Shown here: in pieces, positions 51,172 to 64,000 of the stretch
Numbering within the stretch: the first letter of the stretch is position 1
Layout of the letters: each line of letters opens with the position of its first letter
Assembly (NCBI GenBank): GCA_002633005.1
Contig: NMRA01000429.1
Location: 305,532-369,531, forward strand
Source: Phoronis australis
Lineage: Eukaryota > Animalia > Phoronida
Length of the DNA: 64,000 nucleotides
Direction of reading: 5' to 3'
Notes under the pieces: generated by a model
The model's database searches: none
The model's input: the letters and a program-made list of their open reading frames with translations, nothing else
Told to the model about the DNA's origin: nothing
Translations under genes and position numbers: made by a program

Positions 51172-52823
51172 GACCCGGGCCCGGTCTCCAATCTCCGTAC
51201 TCAGACTCGAATCATGCTCAAACTCACACTTCATACTCAACTCGAGTACAGACTCAGCTTTGGTGTATTCAATGTCATACTCGAAAAATCTGTACTCGAA
51301 ATTTCGAGCACGTACTCAGTTTTCGAGTGTACTCGAACTGCAGTGTATCTCATCTATATTTCGAGTACGATTTTGAGTAAAAATTCGGAGTCTATGCTCA
51401 AATTTCAAGTTTGGTATGGCAGTGTGCTTGAAATCGTACTCGAAAATAAATACGAGCGAGAGAACAAAATATCGAATGGGAACCAAGAAACGCAGCAAAT
51501 CTAAAAAAATAAGTCCTCTTACCGTATCTCNTTCAAAATGGCGGTGTTTCTTCGGGTGCGAATCGTGAGTGGCGCGTTCATTTAAACTGCTTTCGAGTAC
51601 GGATCGTGTATTAGTTATGGGGTAGGTACTTTTTGGATCCTTATAACATCTTCTAACCATGTAATAAGTGTTAACAACGCGTGAGAGAAGGACTTTAATG
51701 GTGTGCTTTCTTTTGTTAAGAGGTAAGTTTGTGCGGATATAGGCAATGACCATCGCCTCTGTTGGCCCGAAGCAGAGGCGATGTAGAGGCTATAGGCGCT
51801 CTGTACGCCGGAAGCTTTTCGGCGAATTATGCCTCGCACCGACTAAACCACCAAAGTCACGTTGTTACAACTACCTTTTGCGCATAGAGGAACACCTTAG
51901 GAGGTTGTCGGTATGTTTAATTCCTTTCAACTCGAACAAATACTCCCGTTATGAAACTTTTTCTTCGAGCAGTCCCTATTTCAGTTCCCAAAATCGTGAA
52001 CTCAACTTTTTTATACTGCGCACGCTCCAATTCATGACCTCAATCTTTAAATAGGCTAAAGGTGAGCCATTGCGGTCTTGGCAGTCAAATGTTCGTTTCC
52101 AAAATGCCACCACTTATACTTGTCTTTAATTGGCNCCTATTTCAGTTCCCAAAATCGTGAACTCACCATTTTTATACTGCGCACGCTCCAATTCATGACC
52201 TCAATCTTTAAGTAGACCAAAGGTGAGCCATTGCGGTCTTGTCAGTCAAATGTTCATTTCCAAAATGCCACCACTTATACTTGTCTTTAATTGGCGTTAC
52301 TTGAAACTGATTGTATTTCAATGAATCATTGATTGCATTTTAAGTTGATAAAAATAAATGCTGTTGATATGACATTTAATAGTCTTTTTGCACATATTTG
52401 ACATTTTAATGTTTAACAACGCGGCAAATGCACGGCTGGTTCCCGGCAGCACGTACGCGAAGGGCGGGAACTTCAGCTTTCAAAGTTCGCCGGTAGGTCC
52501 ACAACTTCTAACCTTCGGCCTGGTTAAAAAAATGAAAAAGTTGATTTCACGATTTTGGGAACTGAAATAGGGACTGCTCGAAGAAAAAGTTTCATAACGA
52601 GAGTATTTGTTCGAGTTGAAAGGAATTAAAGTCCTTGTCTCACGCGTTGCTAACCCTTATTACATGGTTAGAAGATGTTATAAGGATCCAAGAAGTACCT
52701 ACCCCATAACCAATACACGATCCGTACTCGAAAACAGTTTAANCCAGTGAGCACGATTTTGAGTATGAAATCTCGAGTATGAGTATGAGTCTGAGTACGG
52801 AGATTGGAGACCGGGCCCCGGTC
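51172..52823. mobile_element. Harbinger-like element ends enclosing a foldback insert
   Basis: GACCCGGGCCCGGTCTCCAATCTCCGTACTCAGACTC...GAGTCTGAGTACGGAGATTGGAGACCGGGCCCCGGTC; internal TACTCGA subrepeats; N joins at 51531, 52135, 52743. Confidence 0.7.
51740..52630. mobile_element. Long-TIR foldback element (MULE-like), copy with deleted right arm
   Basis: Starts TAGGCAATGACCATCGCC; near-identical to 53432-54331. Confidence 0.8.
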
Positions 52824-53431
52824 TAACCTAGTTGCAGGACTTCGCAAAAATCACGTGCTCTATTTTAAAGTTCACAGCAATATCTCGTATAATCTCGCGA
52901 GGTCTTGCTTTCTAGCAAGGTCCTAGCATTATTGAGCTCTATCCGGGGATTCGGAGTTGAACCGGACGTTGTGGAACTCTGGGAAGGAATTTGCCTCCAA
53001 GGACGCTGGTGTGTGCGACCATTCGTGACTATCATTATTTTAGTGACTTCCGTCTCAAGGTAAGTAGACTATCGATACCTTGTTGAATGTACGTAAGATT
53101 TTATTGCGAAAGACATTGCGGAGCTCGCAAGAAGACCTCAGAAGTAGGCAAACTTAGTTTAAGTTAGCCAGCTAGCCTACTGCCTGGGCCTGGGGCTGGA
53201 AAAAGTTTATGTCATTTGCCATGCCATAGCCATAGATAGACATAGTTACTCGTCTATGACTGTGGCTTATGGCTCTCTGATGCAGGGTGTAAGAGGAGCT
53301 ATGGATAATGCGATGCATGGATTTTGCCCTGAAATTTATCAGCACTGAGTGTGGTATAACATCTGAGAAACAAGAGTCTAACACCCTTCTACGTCGATCA
53401 TAGACAGTGACCATTGTCTCTAGCTCAGTAG

Positions 53432-54331
53432 TAGGCAATGACCATCGCCTCTGTTGGCCCGAAGCAGAGGCGATGTAGAGGCTATAGGCACTCTGTACGC
53501 CGGAAGCTTTTCGGCGAATTATGCCTCGCACCGACTAAACCATCAAAGTCACGTTGTTACAAATACCTTTTGCGCATAGAGGAACACCTTAGGAGGTTGT
53601 CGATGTGTTTAATTCCTTCCAACTCGAACAAATACTGCCGTTATGAAACTTTTTCTTCGAGCAGTCCCTATTTCAGTTCCCAAAATCGTGAACTCAACTT
53701 TTTTATACTGCGCACGCTCCAATTCATGACCTCAATCTTTAAATAGGCCAAAGGTGAGCCATTGCGGTCTTGGCAGTCAAATGTTCGTTTCCAAAATGCC
53801 ACCACTTATACTTGTCTTTAATTGGCGTTACTTGAAACTGATTGTATTTCAATGAATCATTGTTTGTATTTGATAAAAACAAATGCTGTTGATATGACAT
53901 TTAATAGTCTTTTTGCACATATTTGACATTTTAATGTTTAACAACACGGCAAATGCACGGCTGGTTCCCGGCAGCACGTACGCGAAGGGCGGGAACTTCA
54001 GCTTTCAAAGTTCGCCGGTAGGTCCGCAACTTCTGACCTTCGGCCTGGTTAAAAAAATGAAAAAGTTGAGTTCACGATTTTGGGAACTGAAATAGGGACT
54101 GCTCAAAGAAAAACTTTCATAACGGGAGTATTTGTTCGAGTTGAAAGGAATTAAACACACCGACAACCTCCTAAGGTGTTCTTCTATGCGCAAAAGGTAG
54201 TTGTAACAACGTGACTTTGATGGTTTAGTCGGTGCGAGGCATAATTCGCCGAAAAGCTTCCGGCGTACAGAGCGCCTATAGCCTCTACATCGCCTCTGCT
54301 TCGGGCCAACAGAGGCGATGGTCATTGCCTA
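53432..54331. mobile_element. 900-bp non-autonomous element with about 270-bp TIRs (MULE-like)
   Basis: TAGGCAATGACC...GGTCATTGCCTA; mirror ORFs 53438+ and 54325-; further arm pieces at 56471-56544 and 56590-56675. Confidence 0.88.
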
Positions 54332-54829
54332 GTGCGGATATCGCTCCCGTGGGTTAAATTAGCCAATCAGTTCTTAGCATGATATACCTTATTATGTTAT
54401 GGGCAGCCTTTGCACAGGATCCGTATGTTAATACTGGTTGTTCCGCCCAAATGTGGCCGAATATCAGTGTCCCATGTACATGCGGTCAGCTCTTCGTCTA
54501 TAATCAGCTAAGGTTCTCACAAGGTCTGAGAGCTTGGCCCGGAGGTGTGCGGCGCTTGTCATTTTGTGCTGGTCGTGCCCAACTGCAGCACAGTACAGGA
54601 CAGTTATATTAATGGCTACTTACATGTAGCTAAAGGACTTAATAGCTCTGTAAACTGTGTATGTCAGCTTGATCGCATTTTAGAGGTTTCATTTGGAAAT
54701 ATACATTCCTGATGTCAACGAATACTCTTTTAAGGCCTTCTGTAGCCAATTGTTCAATGAAGGGATCAGACCATGCGCTTGTACTTCATAAATGATAGTG
54801 TGGGTAGAAAACCTGTGTCAGTTCTAAGA

Positions 54830-55700
54830 ATTAATGTTTTGAAGCGTGTAATACTGGAGAAGTTACAGTATCAAGCTGCCTTACTCATAACCGGAGCTTA
54901 CATGGGATCCAATAGTGTTAAGATTTTGAATAGTCTCAAGTGGCCCAAACTGTCTACCCGACACAATCTTCACAAGACCACACTCACTTTCAGAGTAATA
55001 AACAATGTCAACAACGTATCTGTCAAAAAATGTTTGATCTTTACACTAGATAAGGCCACCGTAGTGATTTTAGATCCTCCACCCCATATGCAATTCCTCC
55101 GTCGTTCAGTCCGGAATTCAGAAGGTCTACAGTCATGATGTGAATCAACAACTAGAATTATCTTCCTGTCTCTGTTAAGAAAAGCAACTCTTTTACGAGT
55201 ATAACAAATAATTTTAGACCTGCTTTTTATAATTTTGATAACTCAACACCCTTGACTCAATTCTCTTTTCCTTGCGATAACGAAATAGCATTGTCCAGAT
55301 GAAGATGTGGTCTTGTCCTCAACTCTGACAAGTTCAGGCATAACTTTTAAGTAATGTCTCTCCAAACTGTAAATGTGGTGACCATCAATCTTATCCTCAT
55401 ATGTTCTTCAAATGTCTCCTCATCGAATACCTGAGAGACTCATTCTTTCGTCCACTTAATGGAAACCAATCAATTCTTAACGCTCTCAATTCTTGTAATA
55501 ATATCCCTACTAGAGTTACATTATTATTGAATAGTAGTCCTAACCTTGACGTAGTTCTCAATGAATTCCTCCTAAGCAAAGTTAGTAAATTTTTATGTAC
55601 CGTTCATTAATATTGTTGTTACTGATTTCCATGCATGAATCTGTAAATATTTTTGTTTTTATATATTCGTAACAGCATATCTAAGTATTGGAATACTTAT
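54830..55700 (+). mobile_element. Decayed LINE 3' fragment related to 14991-15700
   Basis: LEKLQYQAALLITGA...LKWPKLSTR; RCGLVLNSDKFRHNF; CKCGDHQSYPHMFFKC. Confidence 0.8.
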
Positions 55701-56774
55701 ATTATATACTACTTAAATGTATATACATCTATGTATATTAGTTTCACTTCTAAATTGTTTACATCCCAGATATAATGCTTCGCGATTTCTGGGTTTGTCT
55801 TTATTTCTTTGTTTGTTCTGTGTATTCTTCCATAAATATATATCACTGTAAAAACATAGCCCTGAATTATTTCCTTGCTAATGTTCCATGGACATTCACC
55901 ATGCACAACCAGGGTTAGAACGGAAAGTTAATCTTACATGCATACTTTCTCATACACATTTTGAAACTCGTACCAAATCCAAGAAGCTTTACATTGGCAA
56001 GAAAAAATGGCTACAATAATCTGTTTGCTTGTTAAATCTTACAAGTGCATTGCCTAAACCAAGGACAGTTTTCATATAGTTTCAAATTCAAACCCAGACA
56101 GCAGCACTATTTTTAACTAAATATTGCTAACATGAAGCTCTTCCTGCAATGTGGGTGTAGACAGCCCAATACCACAACCGTGGTGCTTGTTTCAATGTGT
56201 ATATTTGGATGTCTATTACTTCCAAGTACTCCGCCAAATTAATAAATACCTGAAAAAAATGATGAAAAATTATCAAACATAACAGTATGTTATAGCTTCT
56301 TAACAATCCAGACATAACCCATTTACCGGGAATGTTATGCATGTAAAATCTAGGGCGGATCCATTATTTTGAGTTAGGGAGGTCAGGGCAGACTTGTAGG
56401 CAGGATTTCGACCGTCAGATATTTGCACCCCCAACTGCCAAGTGGAATCTGGGAGAATTTTGGGGGGGGNTTCCGGCGTACAGAGCGCCTATAGCCTCTA
56501 CATCGCCTCTGCTTCGGGCCAACAGAGGCGATGGTCATTGCCTAAGTAGCTGGCTGACTGGCTGAATAGTCGGAGACGGTGAAGCATAGGCGCTTCATGT
56601 ACACCGGAAGCTTTTCGGCGAGTTATGCCTCACATCAATTAAACAATCAAAGTCAGGTTGTTATAAGTTCCTTTTGTGGGATTGTAACCTCTTACCTTTT
56701 ACAAAATTCTGCAAAAGAAAGTTGTTTCTCTTTAAGGGTTGTGTGTTCACAGAATTAAGTGATCCCCATCCATC

Positions 56775-59700
56775 ATGCCATCGTATGCAGAAGAAAATGT
56801 TGTGCTCAGAGAGAAAATTGCTGAGGTCAGTAAAACTTTGTAAGCTGTCTTGTATGTTTGGTAATTAGGATCAACTCAGCTGAGGCTGGGAAGCTATGAC
56901 ACTTCCTAATTTAAATCTGTCTAATATCCGTTGGAAGACAATTGTGCTTAGAGTAAATTACAGCATATCCACAAAAGTCTAAATTCACACTAGACTATTT
57001 TCACCCAATGGGCACATTTTGCGAAACCAACTTTCAGTATACAGTAAATGAGGCATTCCGATTTGTCAAATTTTGAATGACATTTGTTACATTTGACTTT
57101 TTGGTTGAATGCAGTTAAGGTTAATGGTGACAGTAGTAATCCATAGAATTCTAGTGTCACCATTAAGAAGTGCAACCTTTGCAGCATACAGGGGTCTAAA
57201 AATAGACAAGACAATATCTTTTTACCAAATTTTCCAAGTTATATTTACAAAATTTTGCATAATAAATCACAAGGCCAGGATAAATATTTATGACACCTTA
57301 GTACAGTCACTTCAGACAGCTTGTAAGTATAAAAACAAGTGGTCATCTGAGATAGATATAAACGGTGTTATAAATAATCTAAATTTTAGTGTCTCTGATA
57401 CATGGTGGAGAAAAGTAAATAAACTCCCCTTCAATTGTACAAAAGATACAAAATTGCGTTGATTTCGATACCGCTTAATTCACAGAAAATTGCCAACGAA
57501 TAATTATTTGCATAAAATTAAAATAAAAACAAGTGATTTATGCTCTTTCTGTGGTGAACACAGTGAAACTTTTCTCCATCTCTTTTGGGAATTTCGTCTT
57601 GTCTCTGGTTTCTGGCACATGTTTGTTGAGTGGTTAAAACAAACATATCATGTAAATTTTCACGTGGACAAAATAACAGTGTTTTGTGGTTTTTTGGGAA
57701 ACATTCAATGGTAAAATTGCAACATTAATCTGTTGATCATGCTAGCAAAAAATTTCATATTTAGCCAAAAGTTTGTTACATAAATCTCAATTTCCAAATA
57801 TTCATAAACTTTATTAAATTATATCCTGAAGAAAATATGGTACTTGTTGACTAGTGATTTAATGTTATTCTTTGTAAACGATGTATACTGTATTGTTTTA
57901 TGTCACATGTAATTATCATGCTAGAGCTAAACAAAAATATTAAAAAAATGGGGACAAGGTGGAATATGTAGAATGGTGGAGAGTTAATGACCAATTTATT
58001 TGCCATTTTGTATTCTTAATGAAATGAAAAGGTCTTACTGATTGAGTTAGAATGACCCTATCGCATGCTAGATGGTGCCATACTCTGCCTACTAGTAGGC
58101 TACATGGCAATGTCCTCCTGATATAATATGTGACCTATTTTGCATTTGGATATGCAAATAGTCCAAGCGACATTTTACTTTGAAAAGTCAACATGTTGTA
58201 AAAAAAAGAACACGATAGCACACATTATATTGTCACGTGTTAGGGTCAAGGTGGTGGAGTTGATGCCAAGGTAATTTTTGTTGGTGAAAACAACTGGGAC
58301 AGAAAAAACTTAAGGTAATTTACAAAAACATGTTGAGATAGCTTTACCATGACCCAAGACGAGGAAAATACTCGAGTCTCGCATTCCGTCTAATTTGACA
58401 GTTTTAACATATAGCATGCTATCAGATTGTTAGATTTACAACATTAATTAGTCCGCATTAAAGTTGGTGGTTTCTAATGGCAGTCACATTTGAGTAGCAT
58501 TCAGAATTGCCTTAATAACAGGTAGTGTAATGTTTCCAGTTGGAGAAAGAGAAGAAGGCTATTAAAGACGAAATAGAGAAGTTGAGACATGAACAGAACA
58601 AGTTGTCCTACAAAACTCAGAAGAGTGTTATTGAAGTGCGGGGACTTGAAGAGTGAGTAAGATGGAGACCATTCTCTAGACAATGTTTCTTGTGAGAAAA
58701 GCAAGGTCATGCAAGACCTTGCAAAATATCATCATGTAAGTGTTTTGCAATAATAAAGCTCAGGAATTTACCACGCTATCTTAGCAAATTTCTGCCACTG
58801 AAGTGATCGGTGGATGAAGTTGAAGTTAGTGTTGAATCGTGAGATTGGACTCATCACTGTTTTCATATCATAAGTGAACATTTTTACGCAAATACAAGCT
58901 TATGTTTTGAGGTCTACTGAATGCAACCCGTGTTTGGCTGAATGGACTCGATCACTTAATATGTAGACAGGCGTACACCAGAGTATCTATATGGGGCCAA
59001 AGTCTTGCTTTCAGCCATGTTTTACATTGCTATAATGGCCATTGTACTGGATCCCTTCATGTTGTATAACTTAACAGGAGCTTACCCGCACGTCAATTGT
59101 CAAATAACTACAAATTTTAGAGATTTTCATCAGACAGTCTTGTGTAGTAATGGTCTACTCGGTTTTTAATTGATTAAATGTCGAAGTAGGTGGTAACGCA
59201 TCAGATTCTGGATTTTGATTGCCCAGGTTAGTATCTATACCATTGCGCTCTCTGGTGACGAATCTTAGAGCAAGATTCATGCACCTCATTATCCATGGTT
59301 CATGCTGAGCTTAGCTGGACATGTTTGACTTCTGTTGAAATGAATACTGTTTTCTGCTTTATGATAGGCTAATCAGCAGAATACACAAACTCAATTACAG
59401 ACTGACTTGGTGAATGTAGGCACCTATTACTATGTGGGTGAATCTTGTCCCTTATCTTTATGAAGTGAGATGCCTTTAGCTTTTCATCCACCAATGTTCG
59501 TAACAATATAAGGTGCACAGTAGTTTGCACTTGCTAGAAAAACATAGTAAATTGTACTATTTGCATAATACAAATTATCCGCTATAGTTGAATGCCTGAA
59601 TTTGAACTCAAGTCAAGTAACACAACATAGGTTCAAGCTGTGTGCTAATCCAAACTGATTTGACAAAAGCACAAAGTTGTCACAATTAGGCAAAGCACAG

Positions 59701-62700
59701 TCATGTCGTAATGGCACCTCCATCAAGTGCATAAGAGTTGAAATGATGATGTTGCTCATTCTGTGTACTATAGTGACTATAATGAAGTCATGATGTTGAC
59801 TCCATCATTGTAGTAACCAGCCAAGTCACAACATAGGCTTTGTGTATGTGATCCAACTTATGACGTTGACTACAATTCTTGACATTGACTCCATCTGTAT
59901 ATTGTTGTAACTAGTTAATTCATGACATTGACTGCATCTGTATATTGTTGTAACTAGACAATTCATGACATTGACTCTATCTGTATATTGTTGCCACCAG
60001 TCAATTCATGACATTGACTTCACCTGTATATTGCTGTAACTAGTCAAGTCATGACACTGACTCCATAACTCTGTATACTGCAGGCACAGGTTAACTCAAG
60101 ATGTTGATTCCACACTGTTTTTGCAGTCACAGGGCAAGTCAAGAAGTTGATCCCCAATTACAAAAGGAGTTAGAAGACCTTGAGGCTAGACATCGACAAG
60201 AAATGGAACAGCTACAAAAACAGTTTGATGACGACTGTGACGAGTTGAGAAAGGTAAGTTAATGAGTGGTATGCTGCTGGATGCTTCTAAGAACTGCCCA
60301 TTTTGACATCCTCCTTGGCCTTCCCTTCTGTCCCTGGCAGAGAGGTTTTAGGGAAAATTTAACGTCGGCAAAATATGTACCATAATGTTGAATTGGTTGA
60401 AGAAAATACAACCTACCTCTAACACAAACCTTTGGCTAAGAAAGTTAGGTACTTGTTTTATGAAGTGACAGGGCTTTGTTTTTCCAATGAATGGGGTTAC
60501 TATTTGGGGTTACTGGCTTCCCGAAATTGGGCCACATCAGTTAGACTTATATTGTCGAATTATGGATTCCACGAAGTTTGGTTAAATCAAGGCGTTGTGT
60601 GTGAAAATACTTTTCTGCTAGTTTTTAGGCAGTGAATAAGGAATTGTTATTTGCAGGGATAGAGACAAAATGTTGAGAGAAATCCTAAACTGTGTATTAA
60701 ATTGTAACTATTTATAATGAATTTAAAAAGGAATTCAAATTGGAAATTTTTTTAAGTTTGAGTATACCCATGCACAAATTATGTCATGGTACGTTTTCAT
60801 TGCTCCAGCCACAGTCTTGTGATTGAAGTAGGCAGGCTCTTGAATTTGGATAGGGCAAACAGAGTGTGTCCCTTCTGCCCCAATGTTGTAGAAGACGAGT
60901 ATCATTTCCTTCTAAGCTGTGATAAATATTTTGAACTGAGAGAAAATTATATTGAAGTGTACTTCTGGAATTTTCACTAGCCATATTTTTGTCTGTTTAG
61001 TTTGCCATACCTTTCCCACATCAGAAAATTTCTGGTTTGTGTAAGGATATGTAGGGGCTTATCTACAAGTCTGTCTATTTAGTCAAATATATTGGAAACT
61101 ATAAAAATTAAGGATAAGCTTAATTTGTTGGTATAGTTTGATGGTCTTATGTAGGGATGAGATGTGTAACTATCTTCGATAATCTCTCCTAGTCTTTTCA
61201 CAAGTAGTTTTAAATTACATAATCACTTAATTTTTGTAATTCTGATTATCTGTAACACAATGTATTTTTTATTCTCTGGTGGCTCCGTGGTCAGCGGACC
61301 TTTCGGGTCCTTCACGGAGTCTCCATAAGCGTAAATCTGCATCAAGTGTATTTTTTGTCTTAATGTGAATAAAGTGTATTATACTACTACTAACTATGTT
61401 TGTGAGCCAGTAAAGAACATGTGTTGCTATTGTCCAGCAAAACAGAGAGTCTGAGGATGCAATGACGGAGCTGTGTCAAAGGGAGAAGTTCTTGGAAACG
61501 GAACTTAAGAAACTTGACGAAAGCAAAGGGAAGGCAAAGAAGAGAATAGATGAGCTCCACACCCAACTGAAAGGTCTAGAACTGAAGTTGAATGCCAAGA
61601 AACGGGGCAGTATCCTTGGTGGAGTGTGTAAGGTAGAGTTGATGTGTACGGGCATTCAACTCATATCATGGTACTGGTGGAATGGCTATGAGCAGTTGAA
61701 CACGTGGCAACTACCTATCGAAAATCTCAATAACACAGCTGTTTCTCAGTCTGTAGTCTCAAATGGGAGCCCAGCCACAATTTTTGAAGGAAAAATTCCG
61801 GGTCACTGCTAAAAGCGGTACTTATGTCAGTGGTATTATTTGTTTTTGTTTTATCATGCTATCCAGTAGGGAGGGGTGGGATAAATCCACCTACACTGGT
61901 TTGAGCTGAATCTCGCATGGATACATACATTTGAGAGAGCTAGAGGTCTTTTAAACTTTTCTTAATCATAAGAATTTCTTGTAGTACTTATGTTCATCTC
62001 TTGAAAAACTACCTGGTTGAATTTCTGGAGATGCTGTCTGATTGTACAGTGGCATCAGAACCAATTTGGATTGAAATAACTAAAATGACTCAATATCCTT
62101 TTGTTGTCTACCCATACTTAATATCTGATTCTCCCAAAACAGGCCTCAGACAGTTTTGTACAACATTTCATACCGTATATCCAGAAATAGGTGCATGCAC
62201 CCAAAACCAAGAGAACATTGTTTAAAATATTCCTTGAGTGTAAATTTACTTTAACTGTTACACAATGATAGATGCATTCATGCTTCCAATTTAGCACTGA
62301 GAATAGTTTAAGACATTAACATAAGAGGGGGTTAATGTCTGTGCTTGTAAAGGAAGAGACATGACGTGCATGCATATGCAAAACACGAGCAAAATCTTTC
62401 CTATGAAAAAGCCATTATTTTGGATACGGGCACAAACTGGGCTTACGTATGCTCATGTCCATTTAATTAACTTGTCATACGTAGTGTTTCATTGTTTCAG
62501 GCCAGTTGTGATCATGAGAAGACTCTAGAGCTACTGAATAGTCGCGTAAAGGAGATGGAGATTGTCAACACAGAGCTGATGGTAGAGAATGAAACTGCCA
62601 AACAACAAGTGGACATTCTGCTCAGTGATTGGACAGTTCGAGAGGCAGAGTTGTCACAAGCTGAGGAGGACTTTAAGCAAAGGGTGAGTTTCAATAACGT

Positions 62701-63969
62701 TTTTTCTGACTCTTTTTTGCGTTCTTTATGACAGAATCCGAAATCTTGTGACGTTTCACGAAATGTTACAGGCTCACATGATGCGCAAAGAATTTGTCTT
62801 TGGGACAGATTTTTAAGGGTGCTGATGGGCATCATAGCTGCTGTGGAAATGTGATACTATTTTAAATGTTCCTGTGGTAGTCTCAGACGTTCATTTAACA
62901 TTTGGTACAATCACAAGACCCGTGGACTCGTCTTTCTCTCATTACTTTCCTTTTTGTAATAAAGTGCCGTCCACACGCAGACTTACCCTTAGTACATGTT
63001 ACTCCTGGAATGAGGTATGAGTTCTCGCTAGGTTTGAATGCTGTGTGGATGCTATAATTTAAACTAGCGCAGTTTACTTCACTTCTAATCGCTGTGTGGC
63101 TGCAAACCTGGGGTAAGGCAGAAATAATTATCTGCTGCAGTTTCATTCAGATGGGTCTTCTTTTGTGTATTGTAATCGCATCAGCTGTACATTGTCATAC
63201 ACAGAATGACAACATATTATGCCTTACACTAGTTCTTGGATAAAGTGGGGCAAGTTGCACTAAGTGCAAGTTGTTCTATGGCAGGCTGTGTGTGGACGAG
63301 ACTTAAGATAGGAGCTACTTAGGGTAACCACAAATTTGTAATCAGTCAGCACCATTTTGATTCAGCGAATGGGTGTATAAAAGTGGGGCGATTTCTAGAC
63401 CAGTGTCTCAACAAGCTAGCTTGTCTCAGTCCATTTTTGCACTGCATGTGGCCTCAGGTATTAATGAACTGTCAGGTTTTTATTAAAAGTCCAGAAACCG
63501 CTACTCATCTGAGTAGGGCCAAAGTTGAGAAGTTTAATCATGAGGTAAGTCAAGCTTAGTTTAAATTCTCTCAATTGATGGAACGCTAGTTTGCAGCAAT
63601 TTTAATTTCTGCATCCCATTTTAGGAGAATGGTTTTTTACCCATTCAGTAAGAGCAAACTTAAGATATAGAATACAAGATCTTTGAAATGTGCTGAAAAC
63701 TTTGAACTTGTAGAAAAATCTTTTAAACTGGTCGCTGTTGAATTCTGTTGATTCTTTGTTTGTGCTTTCAAATGACTACACTCAATGTGGTTACGCGGTG
63801 GTTTTGTCCAATAATTAACACTGGCAGTGGCGGTCTGTGTCTACCGTTTTTAATACAATGCATTGTTTCTCCTATTGTAGTTGCAAAACAAATGGCAGGA
63901 AAGATACCGCAAGTGGATGGAGACAACGGAAGCCAAAATAGTAGAGCTGCAACGAGCCAACCAAGTATT
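56775..63969 (+). CDS. Multi-exon uncharacterised coiled-coil protein, 3' incomplete; exons 56775-56825, 58540-58652, 60127-60253, 61438-61632, 62501-62683, 63881-63969
   Basis: All introns GT-AG with consistent phases (0,2,0,0,0); spliced frame open: MPSYAEENVVLREKIAELEKEKKAIKDEIEKL...WQERYRKWMETTEAKIVELQRAN. Confidence 0.85.
57119..57948 (+). mobile_element. L1/Tx1-like LINE 3' fragment in intron
   Basis: PTNNYLHKIKIKTSDLCSFCGEHSETFLHLFW; A-rich tail; homologous to 24045-24930. Confidence 0.88.
59780..60155. repeat. 43-bp minisatellite, degenerate at both ends
   Basis: Unit CATGACATTGACTCCATCTGTATATTGTTGTAACTAGTCAATT starting at 59921, 59964, 60007, 60050. Confidence 0.9.
60350..61396 (+). 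mobile_element. LINE 3' fragment with 3' UTR hairpin and short-repeat tail
   Basis: YGFHEVWLNQGV; SHSLVIEVGR...CPFCPNVVEDEYHFLLSC; AATAAA followed by (TAC)n. Confidence 0.8.
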
Positions 63970-64000
63970 GTGAGTAATTTTTATGCTGCAACGCGTTTTT

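Noticed and set aside
51746-54325. Repeated 102-106 aa ORFs MTIASVGPKQRR...
   Set aside because: They are translations of transposon TIRs in both orientations with no domain signature
59780-60155. CRISPR-like regular repeats
   Set aside because: Head-to-tail 43-bp units with no unique spacers, in a eukaryotic intron, no cas genes

Overview
AT-rich, intron-containing, repeat-dense eukaryotic DNA from a draft assembly (single-N joins and N gaps), most consistent with a marine invertebrate animal. Host-type genes: a small intronless PHD-finger-only ORF (1906-2223, 3' part repeated at 1-48), the terminal exon of a fibrinogen-related (FReD) gene, two intronless paralogous rhodopsin-class GPCRs, and a six-exon-plus coiled-coil gene running off the right edge. 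The rest is mostly transposon debris: a decayed hAT transposase, a Gypsy element with one intact LTR, a DIRS/Crypton-type tyrosine recombinase fragment, several LINE 3' ends, tRNA-derived SINEs, two Kolobok-like THAP elements, many MITEs and a long-TIR foldback complex. The most striking observation is that the non-histone PHD-finger ORF is followed directly by two tandem, canonical replication-dependent-histone 3' stem-loops with compensatory changes, and preceded by E2F/CCAAT/CHR-like motifs. This suggests a non-histone gene using the histone mRNA (SLBP/U7) pathway. All calls are by eye; no searches were run.
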